64,000 nt of DNA from Candidatus Poribacteria bacterium (GTDB lineage: Bacteria > Poribacteria > WGA-4E > PCPOR2b): positions 2,729,136 through 2,793,135 of the forward strand of contig OZ220744.1 in NCBI GenBank assembly GCA_965116925.1, written 5' to 3'. Below, piece by piece: positions 52,008 to 61,928 of this stretch. A program made the translations under genes and the position numbers. A model generated the notes under the pieces. It was not told the DNA's origin and did not search any database. It saw nothing but the letters and a program-made list of their open reading frames with translations. Within the stretch, counting starts at the first letter, position 1; the number at the start of each line of letters is the position of its first letter.

Positions 52008-52424
52008 TCAACTTCGTTCGGTCGCACACGTCGGACACAAGCCGTACAACTCTAGTTTGTATCCCTTCACTTCAAATCCCCGCGCTTTGAACTGCTGCGT
52101 ATTAAGCGGTTCGGAGAGCGGTGCGTCAACATCAAGTAACCGATCACAACCTGTACAGATCAGGTGGTGATGGTCTGTGAGGTTTGCGTCAAAGCGCGCA
52201 TATTCGCCATGCTCCACCTTCCGAATCAGACCGAGTTCGACCAACACGCTTAATCCCCGATAGACAGTGCCCAAGCTGATGTGTGGCAGACGAACCTTTA
52301 CCGCATCATAAACCTCTTTCGCGCTTGGGTGGTGTTGCTGCTCTCGCACCTCTTCAAGGATAATCTGGCGTTGACGGGTAAATCGATAGCCTTCTTGCCT
52401 GAGCCCTTCGCTTAACTCTTTCAT
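52008..52424 (-). CDS. Fur-family metalloregulator (possibly PerR-like given the adjacent katG)
   Basis: 'HPSAKEVYDAV...ISLGTVYRGL' winged helix, 'HHH' and CxxC...CxxC. Confidence 0.8.
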   Translation of the reverse strand: MKELSEGLRQEGYRFTRQRQIILEEVREQQHHPSAKEVYDAVKVRLPHISLGTVYRGLSVLVELGLIRKVEHGEYARFDANLTDHHHLICTGCDRLLDVDAPLSEPLNTQQFKARGFEVKGYKLELYGLCPTCATERS

Positions 52425-52751
52425 ATTGACCCGCTTAGTTCATTGGTTCACTAGTTCATTGAACTGATGAACGATATACATTGCGTGCTTCATACAGCAG
52501 TTACGGCATACGGAATATACTTGCCATATTATTAGTAATAATTCCTATTACTGATAGATAGAATTATACCAAAAAGGAATTGGATAGGTCAAGTTAAAAA
52601 TGTTTTTTTTATTATGAAAAGGATATTGGGTTCCATGGACATTCTGTTGTCGAGATATGAATCTTGACCTACAGGATACTTGCTCGTTTTGGGCGTGGTG
52701 GGAGGGTCGGGCAAGATGCCCGACCTATGTGTTCTCAAATGTCAACACGCC

Positions 52752-53816
52752 CTAGACGAGCGCGCTTACCACAGCATCCCCGACCTGTGAGGTGGTGGCT
52801 TGACCGTCGAGGTCCGGCGGTCGGGTTTCGCCCTTTTCGACTACGTTTAATACGGCTGCGTCGATCGTGTCTGCTGCTTCCGTCTCGCCGACGAAGCGCA
52901 GCATCATGGAACCGGAGACAATCGCCGCCAACGGATTGGCGATACCTTGCCCCATAATGTCCGGAGCACTGCCATGAACCGGCTCGAACATTGAGGGAAA
53001 TCGGCGTTGCGGATCGAGATTGCCACTCGGTGCCAGTCCCATGCTTCCGCTGATAATCGCGCCGATGTCCGTGAGGATATCGCCAAACAGGTTGCTAGCG
53101 ACCACCACATCGAAGTCCTCCGGCCTGCGGACAAAATCCATACATGCCGCGTCCACAAGCAGCGATTCTGTCTCTATATCGGGATACTTCTCTGCCACAC
53201 GCTCGAAGGCGGTATCCCATACAATCATGCCGTAACCTTGCGCGTTTGACTTGGTAACTGAAGTAACTTTGCGTTTCTTGTTTCGTGCGCGCGCTTGCTC
53301 GAAGGCGTAGGTGATGACGCGCTCGCTGCCGTGACGGGTAAATACGCCGACCTGTACGCCAATCTCTTCGGGGAACCCTTGGTACTGAAACCCACCGACG
53401 TTGGCATATTCGCCCTCTGTGTTCTCCCGTATCACTACCAGATCGATGTCCCAAGGTTCTTTATCCTTGAGCGGTGCGTTGATACCGGGATAGAGGACGT
53501 TGGGTCGCTCGCAGACGTACTGATCGAATCTGCGCCGGATCGGCAGTAGAAGCCCGTTGAGTGTCAGATGGTCTTGGATGTCGGGGTGCCCGACTGCGCC
53601 GAGATAGATCTGGTCGAATTCTGCCAATATATCAAGGGCATCGGGTGGCATCATGTGCCCATGCTCGAAGTAGTAGTCTGAACCCCAAGGGAACTCAACA
53701 AAATCCCATGTGATGTCGTACCTGTCGGCGATGGTGTTGAGGACCTTGAGACCTTCTTCCATCACCTCGATCCCAATTCCATCGCCTCGAATTACTGCAA
53801 TTTTGTATTTAGCCAT
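52752..53816 (-). CDS. Tartrate dehydrogenase / D-malate dehydrogenase (decarboxylating)-like isopropylmalate-DH-family enzyme
   Basis: 'KIAVIRGDGIG', 'VRENTEGEY', 'NLFGDILTD', 'FEPVHGSAPDI'. Collinear with TtuC-type enzymes. Confidence 0.8.
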   Translation of the reverse strand: MAKYKIAVIRGDGIGIEVMEEGLKVLNTIADRYDITWDFVEFPWGSDYYFEHGHMMPPDALDILAEFDQIYLGAVGHPDIQDHLTLNGLLLPIRRRFDQYVCERPNVLYPGINAPLKDKEPWDIDLVVIRENTEGEYANVGGFQYQGFPEEIGVQVGVFTRHGSERVITYAFEQARARNKKRKVTSVTKSNAQGYGMIVWDTAFERVAEKYPDIETESLLVDAACMDFVRRPEDFDVVVASNLFGDILTDIGAIISGSMGLAPSGNLDPQRRFPSMFEPVHGSAPDIMGQGIANPLAAIVSGSMMLRFVGETEAADTIDAAVLNVVEKGETRPPDLDGQATTSQVGDAVVSALV

Positions 53817-53877
53817 ATTTGTCCTTTCTGATGTTGGTTCATTGGTTCATTGATCTATTGGTGCCTCATTGCTATGC

Positions 53878-53951
53878 ACATTGCGCTCCTCTGGAGCGCG
53901 TGGATTTGCCACATTGTCATTCTATAAACATTGCGCTCCTCTGGAGCGCGT
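53878..53951. promoter_or_regulatory. Two direct copies of the 24-bp palindrome-containing site CATTGCGCTCCTCTGGAGCGCGTG upstream of the TDH-like gene
   Basis: Copies at 53878-53901 and 53928-53951. Each contains the inverted repeat GCGCTCC-tct-GGAGCGC. They lie 60-135 bp upstream of the start at 53816. Confidence 0.45.
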
Positions 53952-53981
53952 GTTTCTGCTGCAGCTTACTTGGCTGGTGTA

Positions 53982-55283
53982 TTAAGAAGTGGTAAAGTCG
54001 TTCAATAGTTTCAATGCTGCGTCCACCATTTGGCCGCCGGCGTCGGGTGCGAGATAGCTGCTCCGCGCTAGCCATGTCTCATAGCCGCCGTGTTCATGCC
54101 CAAGTGGAGTTGGGACATAACCGGTGTAGTCGTTGGCGAGTTCGATGATAAATGTCGGGTCGAGCGGTGAGGCAGCCTTGAGATCAATACCGAATTGACA
54201 GAAGATCTCTCCCGTCAGCGCGGCCACTCCACAATCTCCGATGCGGAAGGCTTGGATCGGTGTCCTACGGGTATCTTCCCACTCGTTGACGAGGATCCGT
54301 TCACGTGCGTAGAGTTCATCAACAGTCGGATCATCGCTGGCGTTCCCCCATTTTGCTTCGTATTCGGCGAGTTCTGCGCTGGTCGGTTTCCGTATGCCGC
54401 ATGTGATTTGCGTCTGCGCCGCCGAGAGCTCTATATCATCGTCCATCGGGGTGGTTTGCCACGTCCGCCACACCTCTGCTGCAACTATCCGAGCGACCTT
54501 TCGTGTCTGTACAAAGGGACGTCGATCCATCGGCGGGTGATGGACATTGATGTTATTGATGTCGCCGGAGCAACCGTTGGAGAGCATCGCAACAAAGTCC
54601 GTGCCTGCTGTCCGTTGAAGTTCTTCGGCAAACAGCCCGAAATAGTCTGCCGAGATCATGTGTCCTGGCGCACCGACATAGTGTAGGGCATAGTTGGCGA
54701 GAACGGCTATCGGTTCACCATCAACCGTCTCAACGAAGAGCGCGGCGATATCCGGATCGGTGGGCCCGACGGTTTCAATGATGTCGGGATTGTTATACCC
54801 CGGATTCATCTTCACCGTGCCATCTTTCATGCGGAACCGCCGGTTGAACACGCATCGTGGCTCTTTCCCGACACCGTAACCGAGTTTCGCCGGCTGCGCC
54901 CGTCCCGCTGCCAACTGGACAGCATCGGCGACGCGCACTGAAAAGAAGTCGAGGTAGCCCGGATCGGGAACGGTCTCAAAGCCCAGCTTCATCGCGGGGG
55001 CGGAGTGTGTATGCGTTCCCGCTATCAGCACTTGTTCTCCCGGAATCCCGACATGTTCCGCAATCAAGGCTTTGGCGGCGTCACATACTTCGCGGGGGAT
55101 GCAGATGACATCACAGATGACAAAGGCGAGTTGCGTTGTCCCGTCGTCAAGTACCAGTGCCTTCGCGTGCAGTTCGTCGTGGACTTCCGTCGCATAGCGC
55201 GCCTTGAGTGAACCTGCAAGATATGCGCCGAGCGGCGGCGTGATGTTGGTCTGTGCAGCACCGGCTTTCAGCGTAGCCATCAT
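53982..55283 (-). CDS. Neutral/alkaline ceramidase-like hydrolase (putative)
   Basis: N-terminal 'AGAAQTNITPPLGAYLAGS...' and 'AGTHTHSAP' resemble Ceramidase_alk N-domain signatures. Assigned from memory only. Confidence 0.5.
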   Translation of the reverse strand: MMATLKAGAAQTNITPPLGAYLAGSLKARYATEVHDELHAKALVLDDGTTQLAFVICDVICIPREVCDAAKALIAEHVGIPGEQVLIAGTHTHSAPAMKLGFETVPDPGYLDFFSVRVADAVQLAAGRAQPAKLGYGVGKEPRCVFNRRFRMKDGTVKMNPGYNNPDIIETVGPTDPDIAALFVETVDGEPIAVLANYALHYVGAPGHMISADYFGLFAEELQRTAGTDFVAMLSNGCSGDINNINVHHPPMDRRPFVQTRKVARIVAAEVWRTWQTTPMDDDIELSAAQTQITCGIRKPTSAELAEYEAKWGNASDDPTVDELYARERILVNEWEDTRRTPIQAFRIGDCGVAALTGEIFCQFGIDLKAASPLDPTFIIELANDYTGYVPTPLGHEHGGYETWLARSSYLAPDAGGQMVDAALKLLNDFTTS

Positions 55284-55392
55284 TTTCTCCTTTAGTTCAT
55301 GCTAAGAAATGGTGTAGTGGAATTGGCGATTCCTATTCTGACTGCGCCAATGAACTGATGTACAAATGATTTTTCACGTTTCACGCATCACG

Positions 55393-56124
55393 TCACCGAG
55401 TGTAACGGGCAAAGTAGAACGTCTTGAGCGGCGCCTCCGTATCGTTGATGAGGGTATGCCCTGGGTTTGACGGTGCAACAGAGACCGCATCGCCCGGAAC
55501 TTGCCGATAGACGTTCTGGCTCACCACGTGGATGCCGTTCCCCTCTAACATATACCACACCTCATCCATATCGTCAGCGTGTCCGTGGGTATCGGGGGTC
55601 TGCATCGCATCGATCGTTACCATCAGGACGGAATGCAGCTTCGCGAGTCCATCAGCCTCTCCGAAAATCGGGTGGACGAGATGGGTCCAATGTCCCTGAC
55701 TAAGAGGATTCTTCCGATAATTTCTGATCAGGACATCTTCGCGGGGTGTTCCTTCAGCATCGGCGAGGGTTTCCTCCAATATCAGAAGTTCTAAGGGCGT
55801 GGTATTTGCCTCGTTGTTTAGGACATGCGTCGTCCCCGGCGGTACGATAATGCCGTCGCCTTCGCGGACCTCCTGCTTGAGGTCACCGCCTTCAAAAATT
55901 GCCTCCCCATCGACGATGTAGAAAATCAGTTGCCGATCGTCGAAAGATGTCGGTACCGAGGCGATTCTCGACTCAAGGTAGCACCGGGAGAAGCTATCAA
56001 TATAGTTGAGAGTTGCTCCCGGTTTGTGGGGATCGTCGGGATCTTTCTTGGAGAAGATTTCTCGGCGGATGATGTTGCCGTGTGTGAGACTTGAGGGGGA
56101 TTGTAACCAACTTCTCATTTCCAT
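55393..56124 (-). CDS. Bicupin protein, tandem paralog 1
   Basis: Two cupin 'G..H.H...E..Y...G' motifs. About 95% nucleotide identity to the adjacent 56207-56941 copy. Confidence 0.65.
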   Translation of the reverse strand: MEMRSWLQSPSSLTHGNIIRREIFSKKDPDDPHKPGATLNYIDSFSRCYLESRIASVPTSFDDRQLIFYIVDGEAIFEGGDLKQEVREGDGIIVPPGTTHVLNNEANTTPLELLILEETLADAEGTPREDVLIRNYRKNPLSQGHWTHLVHPIFGEADGLAKLHSVLMVTIDAMQTPDTHGHADDMDEVWYMLEGNGIHVVSQNVYRQVPGDAVSVAPSNPGHTLINDTEAPLKTFYFARYTR

Positions 56125-56206
56125 CTTTTGTTACCTCCAATTTCTCTAATTAGGGGTTATGCACTTCAGTAGCAAGGGCAACCACAAGTTTCTTAGTCCC
56201 GATCTA

Positions 56207-56941
56207 TCAGGGGTCTGCACTGCGTCGAAAGTAGAACGTCTTGAGCGGCACCTCCGTATCGTTGATGAGGGTATGTCCTGGATTTGACGGTGCAACAGAG
56301 ACCGCATCGCCCGGAACTTGCCGGTAGACATTCTGGCTTACCACGTGGATGCCGTTGCCTTCGAGCATATACCACACCTCATCCATATCGTCGGCATGTC
56401 CATGGGTATCAGCGGTCTGCATTGCGTCGATTGTTACCATTAGGACAAAGTGCAGCTTCGCGAGTCCATCAGTCTCTCCGAAGATGGAGTGGACGAGATG
56501 GGTCCAATGCCCTTGAGTCAGGTGTTGTTCTCGGTAGTTTCTGATAAGTACATCTTCGCGGGGTGCTCCTGGAGCATCGGCGAGGGTTTCTTCCAATATC
56601 AGAAATTCTAAGGGCGTGGTATTTGCCTCGTTGTTTAGAACATGCGTCGTCCCTGGCGGCACGATGATGCCGTCGCCTTCGCGGACCTCCTGCTTGACGT
56701 CGCCGCCCTCGAAAATGGCTTCCCCGTCAACGATGTAGAAAATCAGTTGCCGATCGTCGAAAGACGTTGGTACTGATGCGATTCGCGACTCAAGGTAGCA
56801 CCGAGAGAAGCTATCAATAGAGTTAAGGATTGCTCCCGGTTTGTGGGGATCATCGGGGTCTTTCTTGGAGAAGATTTCCCGTCTGATGATATTGCCGTGT
56901 GTGAGACTTGAGGGGGATTGCAACCAGCTTCTCATTTCCAT
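56207..56941 (-). CDS. Bicupin protein, tandem paralog 2
   Basis: Near-identical to 55393-56124. Start at MEMRSW. Confidence 0.65.
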   Translation of the reverse strand: MEMRSWLQSPSSLTHGNIIRREIFSKKDPDDPHKPGAILNSIDSFSRCYLESRIASVPTSFDDRQLIFYIVDGEAIFEGGDVKQEVREGDGIIVPPGTTHVLNNEANTTPLEFLILEETLADAPGAPREDVLIRNYREQHLTQGHWTHLVHSIFGETDGLAKLHFVLMVTIDAMQTADTHGHADDMDEVWYMLEGNGIHVVSQNVYRQVPGDAVSVAPSNPGHTLINDTEVPLKTFYFRRSADP

Positions 56942-57220
56942 TTTTCGTTCTCTCCCATTTTTTTCAGACGCAATAATTTTATTCAAACTGACCGCAGAGG
57001 CACAGAGAACGCCGAGAAATACAGAGAAGGATTAAAAAAGTAGTGTTAGACATAACCCTTTCTCCGAAAGAGATTTAATGAAAATTGAAGGTGGTCATAT
57101 TATTTCTTTTTTTGCCTTTCTCTGTGCCCTCTGCGTCTCTGCGGTGAATCTATCCAGCAAAATTATAGCACGATTTCTGAAAAAATGAGAGTCGAAAATG
57201 GATTAGCGGTCACAAGAAAA

Positions 57221-58786
57221 TTATGCAGGCATTACTACTACTTCAACTTCGTCAATGACAACCTCGCTATTTGTATCGGCGGCAATGTGTGTGAGTTGAA
57301 TCCTTATACGGTTGTCACCATAGTTAAGCATCTCCTGATTCAGGTTGAACCACACGCTCGAAAACGGCGGCAGCGGTCGTCCAAATGTTTCCAATCGACC
57401 ATCTGGGTGAAAGACGCGCTGAAAATCTCGGATTTCAGTCCCGTTGAGTTCCACGGTGATTTCATCTTTAGGGAGCAGCCCTTGTGCGGTGAAGTACAGG
57501 ACGACTTGTGTTCTGGGTGCGGATTGTTCGCAGAGGCGGAAACGGTATTCTCCATCTGATCCGACTTCACGGATGAGGGTTAGCTTGTCGTCCTTCACAG
57601 CCCCGGTCGGTGATACACCGCCCCATAGCGGATGGTAGCGGTAATGACGTGTCCCATTGGCGATGGTTTTGGGAGCACGTAGATCTCGCAGATAGCTCAA
57701 TGAGAGCGGATAGCCTTCGACGGGGCCCGGATAGCGGGCGGTGCCTCCCTTTCGCGCCCAGTGATATTGGTAGTTGAAAACCGAAACACCGTTAGCACCC
57801 GCACCATAGAAATTTTGTGCAAGTGCCCGATAGTTCTCAGGTGTGAGCAGTGTCGTATCATCTCCGCGACACAACATAGGACTTAGTGTGGGGTACATCA
57901 GACAATCCGATCCGCGTGTCAACTGGCTAAATTCCTCGTAGGGCGCGTTGAAATCGGCAAAATGAAAATCACAGGGACAGATGTAGTCGATGAGACCTTC
58001 CCGAATCCATGTGCGGATATCGAACCCCAAGTTATGGCACTCTTCCAACGTTTGTGGGATCATTACCCCCAATGTCAGAGTTTTCCGCTGCTGCGCGCCC
58101 CGCCGGTCCAACATCTCGCGTATCCGCCGCAGAAACTCGGTCATCACCGGCTGACGGTCGCGGGCAACGTCGGTGGGGAAACAGTGCCCGTGCCGAATAT
58201 AGTTGAACAGCAAACCGTCAACATCGAACCGTTCTACCACCTCATCGGCGACGGAGAAGACGTAATCCCGCACCGGCTCAAAGCTAAAGTCCTGACCGCC
58301 GGGAAATTCCGCTAGCTGCCACGCAGGGTTGTCCAGTATGAACCGTGCACCTTGATCACCGTTGCCGTGGCGATCGTTCATGCGAAACTTTGCGATGAAC
58401 TCCATGCCTCGCTTGTGTGTCTGATCGATCAGCACCTCCAACGGTATGATGCCGGCGTCCATCATGGAGACGAAACGTTGATGTTGGGGTCTCGCGTCGT
58501 ACTCGAACTGGTCTGAACGAAAAAAGACTGTCCACCCCTGTGCGTAGATCGCTTGTGCGTAGGTATCCACGCCGTGATGGGCAAGCTGATCAACCCATTC
58601 GATCAGATCCTCTCGTCGAGCGGGGTCCGCTTTCGCTGTAGCTGCATCTGGGGTGTGAGTGACCTGTTGTCCTACCTGATAGAACGCGAGATTGGATGGA
58701 TCGCTTGTGTAGATCAGCCTTCGCTCGCCACGGGGTTCAAAGGTGGATAGTGCTTGATATTCAGGTTTTGTTGTTTCGTTGGTCAT
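57221..58786 (-). CDS. Hypothetical 521-aa protein, possibly a TIM-barrel glycoside-hydrolase-like fold
   Basis: No firm motif. Spacing of acidic residues is vaguely GH-like. Confidence 0.35.
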   Translation of the reverse strand: MTNETTKPEYQALSTFEPRGERRLIYTSDPSNLAFYQVGQQVTHTPDAATAKADPARREDLIEWVDQLAHHGVDTYAQAIYAQGWTVFFRSDQFEYDARPQHQRFVSMMDAGIIPLEVLIDQTHKRGMEFIAKFRMNDRHGNGDQGARFILDNPAWQLAEFPGGQDFSFEPVRDYVFSVADEVVERFDVDGLLFNYIRHGHCFPTDVARDRQPVMTEFLRRIREMLDRRGAQQRKTLTLGVMIPQTLEECHNLGFDIRTWIREGLIDYICPCDFHFADFNAPYEEFSQLTRGSDCLMYPTLSPMLCRGDDTTLLTPENYRALAQNFYGAGANGVSVFNYQYHWARKGGTARYPGPVEGYPLSLSYLRDLRAPKTIANGTRHYRYHPLWGGVSPTGAVKDDKLTLIREVGSDGEYRFRLCEQSAPRTQVVLYFTAQGLLPKDEITVELNGTEIRDFQRVFHPDGRLETFGRPLPPFSSVWFNLNQEMLNYGDNRIRIQLTHIAADTNSEVVIDEVEVVVMPA

Positions 58787-58865
58787 GGTGTTATGGCTCC
58801 GTTCGTTAGGGGTTCATTTGTTCATTCACTTTTCACGCATCAGGTTTTGGGTTTGAACCTTACAT

Positions 58866-60083
58866 CTAAAGGACACCGTTCCGGCGAAGTTTTTCAATCT
58901 CCTGCGGCGATATGTTGAGATAATCTTCGAGCACTTCCTCTGTATGTTCGCCCAGCTTCGGTCCCCGGCGATGTTCCGTTTTGGAATCACTGATTTTAAT
59001 TGGGCTCGCCACCTGACGCGCAACGCCAAACTCCGGATGCGGAATCTCAAGAATCATCTCATCTTCGGCTACTTGTGGGTCACGGAATGCTTCCTCGACG
59101 GTGTTCACAGGAGCGCACGGGACTTCACCTTTGAGTCGTTCTAACCACTCAGCAGTTGTCCGCTGGCGAAACAGATCTTTCAGGATCGGCACCAGCGTCT
59201 CACGATTCTCCAAGCGATCAGCGAACCCCCGAAAGCGCAGGTCGTCCGCCAGTTCGGGTGCCCCCAGGATTCGCACCAGACTTTGGTAGAAGTTCTCCTT
59301 GGCGCACGCCACGACAATCCAGCTATCCTTTGTGGGCATCACCTGAAACGGCACCTGAGACGGATGTGAGGAATCCGCCATCCGTTGTGGTTGATACCCC
59401 TTTGTTAGATGCCAAGCCCCCACATAACCCAGTTGCGACAGGGCGGTGTTGAACAGGCTCACATCGACATCGCATCCGAAGCCAGTGTCCCGCGCTCGCA
59501 GGATGGCACTCATTAAGCCGAGTGCCGCCATCACACCCGCACTCAGATCCACCAGCGATAGCCCCGTCTTCTGTGGTGGAGAATCAGGCTCGCCGGTTAT
59601 GCTCATCCAACCGGCATAGCCTTGCATCAGATAGTCGTACCCCGGCTCCGCAGCGCGGGAGCCGCTGCGTCCAAAGGCGGAGAGAGAGCAGCATACGATT
59701 GAAGGCTTCACCTTTCCGAGAGCTGCGTAGTCCAAGCCGAGTTTGGCAGGTAGGTCGCCGCGCAGGTTGTTGAAAACGCCGTCCGAGATAGAGACCAGCC
59801 GGTGAAAGACCTCGGTTGTGTCGGGGTGTTGTAGATTTAGGGTGATACTCTTTTTGTTTCGATTGAAGCTTTGAAAATAGACGCTATCGCACTCAACCGT
59901 GTAGGGTGGGACATAGCGCGCCACGTCTCCGCCTGTTTCAGGGTTTTCGATTTTAAGGATCTCTGCTCCCAAGTCTGCAAGCATCATCGTTCCCCATGGA
60001 CCGGCACCGAACTGTTCAACTGAGATGATCCGTACCCCCTCCAGAGGCGGGTGAGCACCGATATTACTTTGATCTTCTGTCAT
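58866..60083 (-). CDS. Family III CoA-transferase (CaiB/BaiF)
   Basis: 'GVRIISVEQFGAGPWGTMMLADLGAEILKIE' N-terminus and catalytic Asp region 'LVDLS'. Confidence 0.85.
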   Translation of the reverse strand: MTEDQSNIGAHPPLEGVRIISVEQFGAGPWGTMMLADLGAEILKIENPETGGDVARYVPPYTVECDSVYFQSFNRNKKSITLNLQHPDTTEVFHRLVSISDGVFNNLRGDLPAKLGLDYAALGKVKPSIVCCSLSAFGRSGSRAAEPGYDYLMQGYAGWMSITGEPDSPPQKTGLSLVDLSAGVMAALGLMSAILRARDTGFGCDVDVSLFNTALSQLGYVGAWHLTKGYQPQRMADSSHPSQVPFQVMPTKDSWIVVACAKENFYQSLVRILGAPELADDLRFRGFADRLENRETLVPILKDLFRQRTTAEWLERLKGEVPCAPVNTVEEAFRDPQVAEDEMILEIPHPEFGVARQVASPIKISDSKTEHRRGPKLGEHTEEVLEDYLNISPQEIEKLRRNGVL

Positions 60084-60199
60084 CTATTTGTCCTTTGCTG
60101 ATTTTCCTTTTGTCACGTGTGATTTAGGGCTCATTAGTTCATTGGTGGATCGGTTCATTTATTTTTTTATCCATCACGCATCACGTTTCACGTTTCAGT

Positions 60200-60715
60200 C
60201 TAAGCTGTTTCGGGGAAAAGATCCCTTTTAGGGGCACTGTCCCGTTTGTAGACCATGATAGCGCGCACGAGATCGATGACCACCGCCCCGTCCTGATTAA
60301 TGCCCCGCGAGCAGACCCTGACAATACCCGCTTCGGGATAGGAGCTCGACTCGCGCTTCGATAGCACCTCAGTTTCGCAGTAGAGGGTATCTCCAATAAA
60401 GACGGGGTTTGGCAGCTTGACCGCCTCCCAGCCCAGATTTGCCATTGCGTTCTCACTGACATCTGGAACGCTCATGCCGGTAATCAGTGCCAGCGTGAAG
60501 GTGCTATTGACGAGGATTTGCCCCCACTTTGTCTGTTGGGCGTAGTGCAGATCGAAGTGGAGCGGGTTGGTGTTATGGGTAAGTTGGGTGAACAGTGCGT
60601 TGTCTGCTTCCGTGACGGTATGTCCAAACCTGCTACGGTAGACATCCCCGACTTCAAAATCTTCGTAGAAACGCCCCTCCCAACCCGTTTGAATTTTATC
60701 TTTGGATCTCGGCAT
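60200..60715 (-). CDS. MaoC-like (R)-specific enoyl-CoA hydratase/dehydratase
   Basis: Hot-dog fold: 'FTQLTHNTNPLHFD', 'GQILVNSTF'. Confidence 0.8.
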   Translation of the reverse strand: MPRSKDKIQTGWEGRFYEDFEVGDVYRSRFGHTVTEADNALFTQLTHNTNPLHFDLHYAQQTKWGQILVNSTFTLALITGMSVPDVSENAMANLGWEAVKLPNPVFIGDTLYCETEVLSKRESSSYPEAGIVRVCSRGINQDGAVVIDLVRAIMVYKRDSAPKRDLFPETA

Positions 60716-60936
60716 CTATCCCTCCTGTTATATTTGGTTCATTGGTACAATAGTTCATTGGTTCATTTCGTTTTCGCGTTTCACGTCCCGATTTCATCGA
60801 GGATCCCGCTACGCGGAGCATCACGTTTCACGCATCACGTTTCAGATGTTACCTATAACTCTACAACGGATGTGGGGAATAATCAAGCCTTTTTGCCCTT
60901 GCGTCACCTTTGTGTATGTGCTATAATTCACCCACT

Positions 60937-61401
60937 ATGAAAGCTGAGAAGTCTGTTGCGACTACGGGTCCAATTGCTAGGAATAAGAAAGCGCGGTTCG
61001 ATTATCATTTGATGGATCGTTTCGAGGCAGGGATTGCCCTCCAAGGAACGGAGGTCAAGGCGATTCGTGCGGGTCGGATGAATTTGACCGATAGCTACGC
61101 TCGCGTTGACGATGGGGAGGTCTTTCTGATTGATGCCCATATCGGTCCTTACGAGCAAGGCAGTCGCGAGAATCATGAGCCGAAGCGGAAGCGGAAACTC
61201 CTGTTGAACCGTCGGGAGATTAAGCGGATCGAAGGGAAAACTCGACCGACCGGCATGACGATTGTGCCGACGAAGGCTTATTTCAGCAAGGGTAGAGTAA
61301 AGGTTGAAATCGCAGTGGCGCGTGGTAAGCACGACTACGATAAGCGCGAAGATATGCGGCGGGAAGTAGATCAACGGGCAATCCAATCGTATATGAGGTA
61401 G
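60937..61401 (+). CDS. smpB: SsrA-binding protein
   Basis: 'IARNKKARFDYHL...GIALQGTEVKAIRAGRMNL..SY' canonical SmpB. Start at MKAEK. Confidence 0.95.
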   Translation: MKAEKSVATTGPIARNKKARFDYHLMDRFEAGIALQGTEVKAIRAGRMNLTDSYARVDDGEVFLIDAHIGPYEQGSRENHEPKRKRKLLLNRREIKRIEGKTRPTGMTIVPTKAYFSKGRVKVEIAVARGKHDYDKREDMRREVDQRAIQSYMR

Positions 61402-61442
61402 CACTTGCGTATACCGATTATGCGTTAGGAGGAGGCGCAATT

Positions 61443-61898
61443 ATGGCTCTGAAATTTCGGTGTGAAAACTGTAGTAAAGATATTGCTGTTAGGTTCTTGG
61501 AAGTTGATGAGGTCGCCAAATGCAGAAACTGTGGGGCAAGTAATTCTGTTCCCGAATCTGCAGAAGCCATTAGTGACGAAGCCGCAGAAAGCATAATTAA
61601 GGCTACTGTTCCCGAACCAATAGAGGACATTAGTGCGGAAGCCATGAGTGTCGAACCCACGCAAAGTGTACCTATGGCTAAGGCGTTACGCAGAGTCAGT
61701 AGAATAGTAATAGGCATCGGAATTATTGTGGGAATAGTTACGGCTATAAGAGTAATGATTCGACATCCCGCGCCCGATCAAACTATGGCAGTGGCTCTTA
61801 GCGGAGGGATGACATGGCTTATGAACATGTTTTTTTTCTGCATTCTTAATCTGCTTTGTTTAGGTATTGCCAAGGTTGTGGCCTTGTTCAACAGATAG
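61443..61898 (+). CDS. Hypothetical zinc-ribbon (CxxC...CxxC) protein with a C-terminal TM region, located between smpB and ssrA
   Basis: 'CENCSKD...CRNCGAS'. AGGAGGA RBS. AT-richer than its neighbours. Confidence 0.45.
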   Translation: MALKFRCENCSKDIAVRFLEVDEVAKCRNCGASNSVPESAEAISDEAAESIIKATVPEPIEDISAEAMSVEPTQSVPMAKALRRVSRIVIGIGIIVGIVTAIRVMIRHPAPDQTMAVALSGGMTWLMNMFFFCILNLLCLGIAKVVALFNR

Positions 61899-61928
61899 AA
61901 AAATCGGGATAGTTACACACTTACATAC

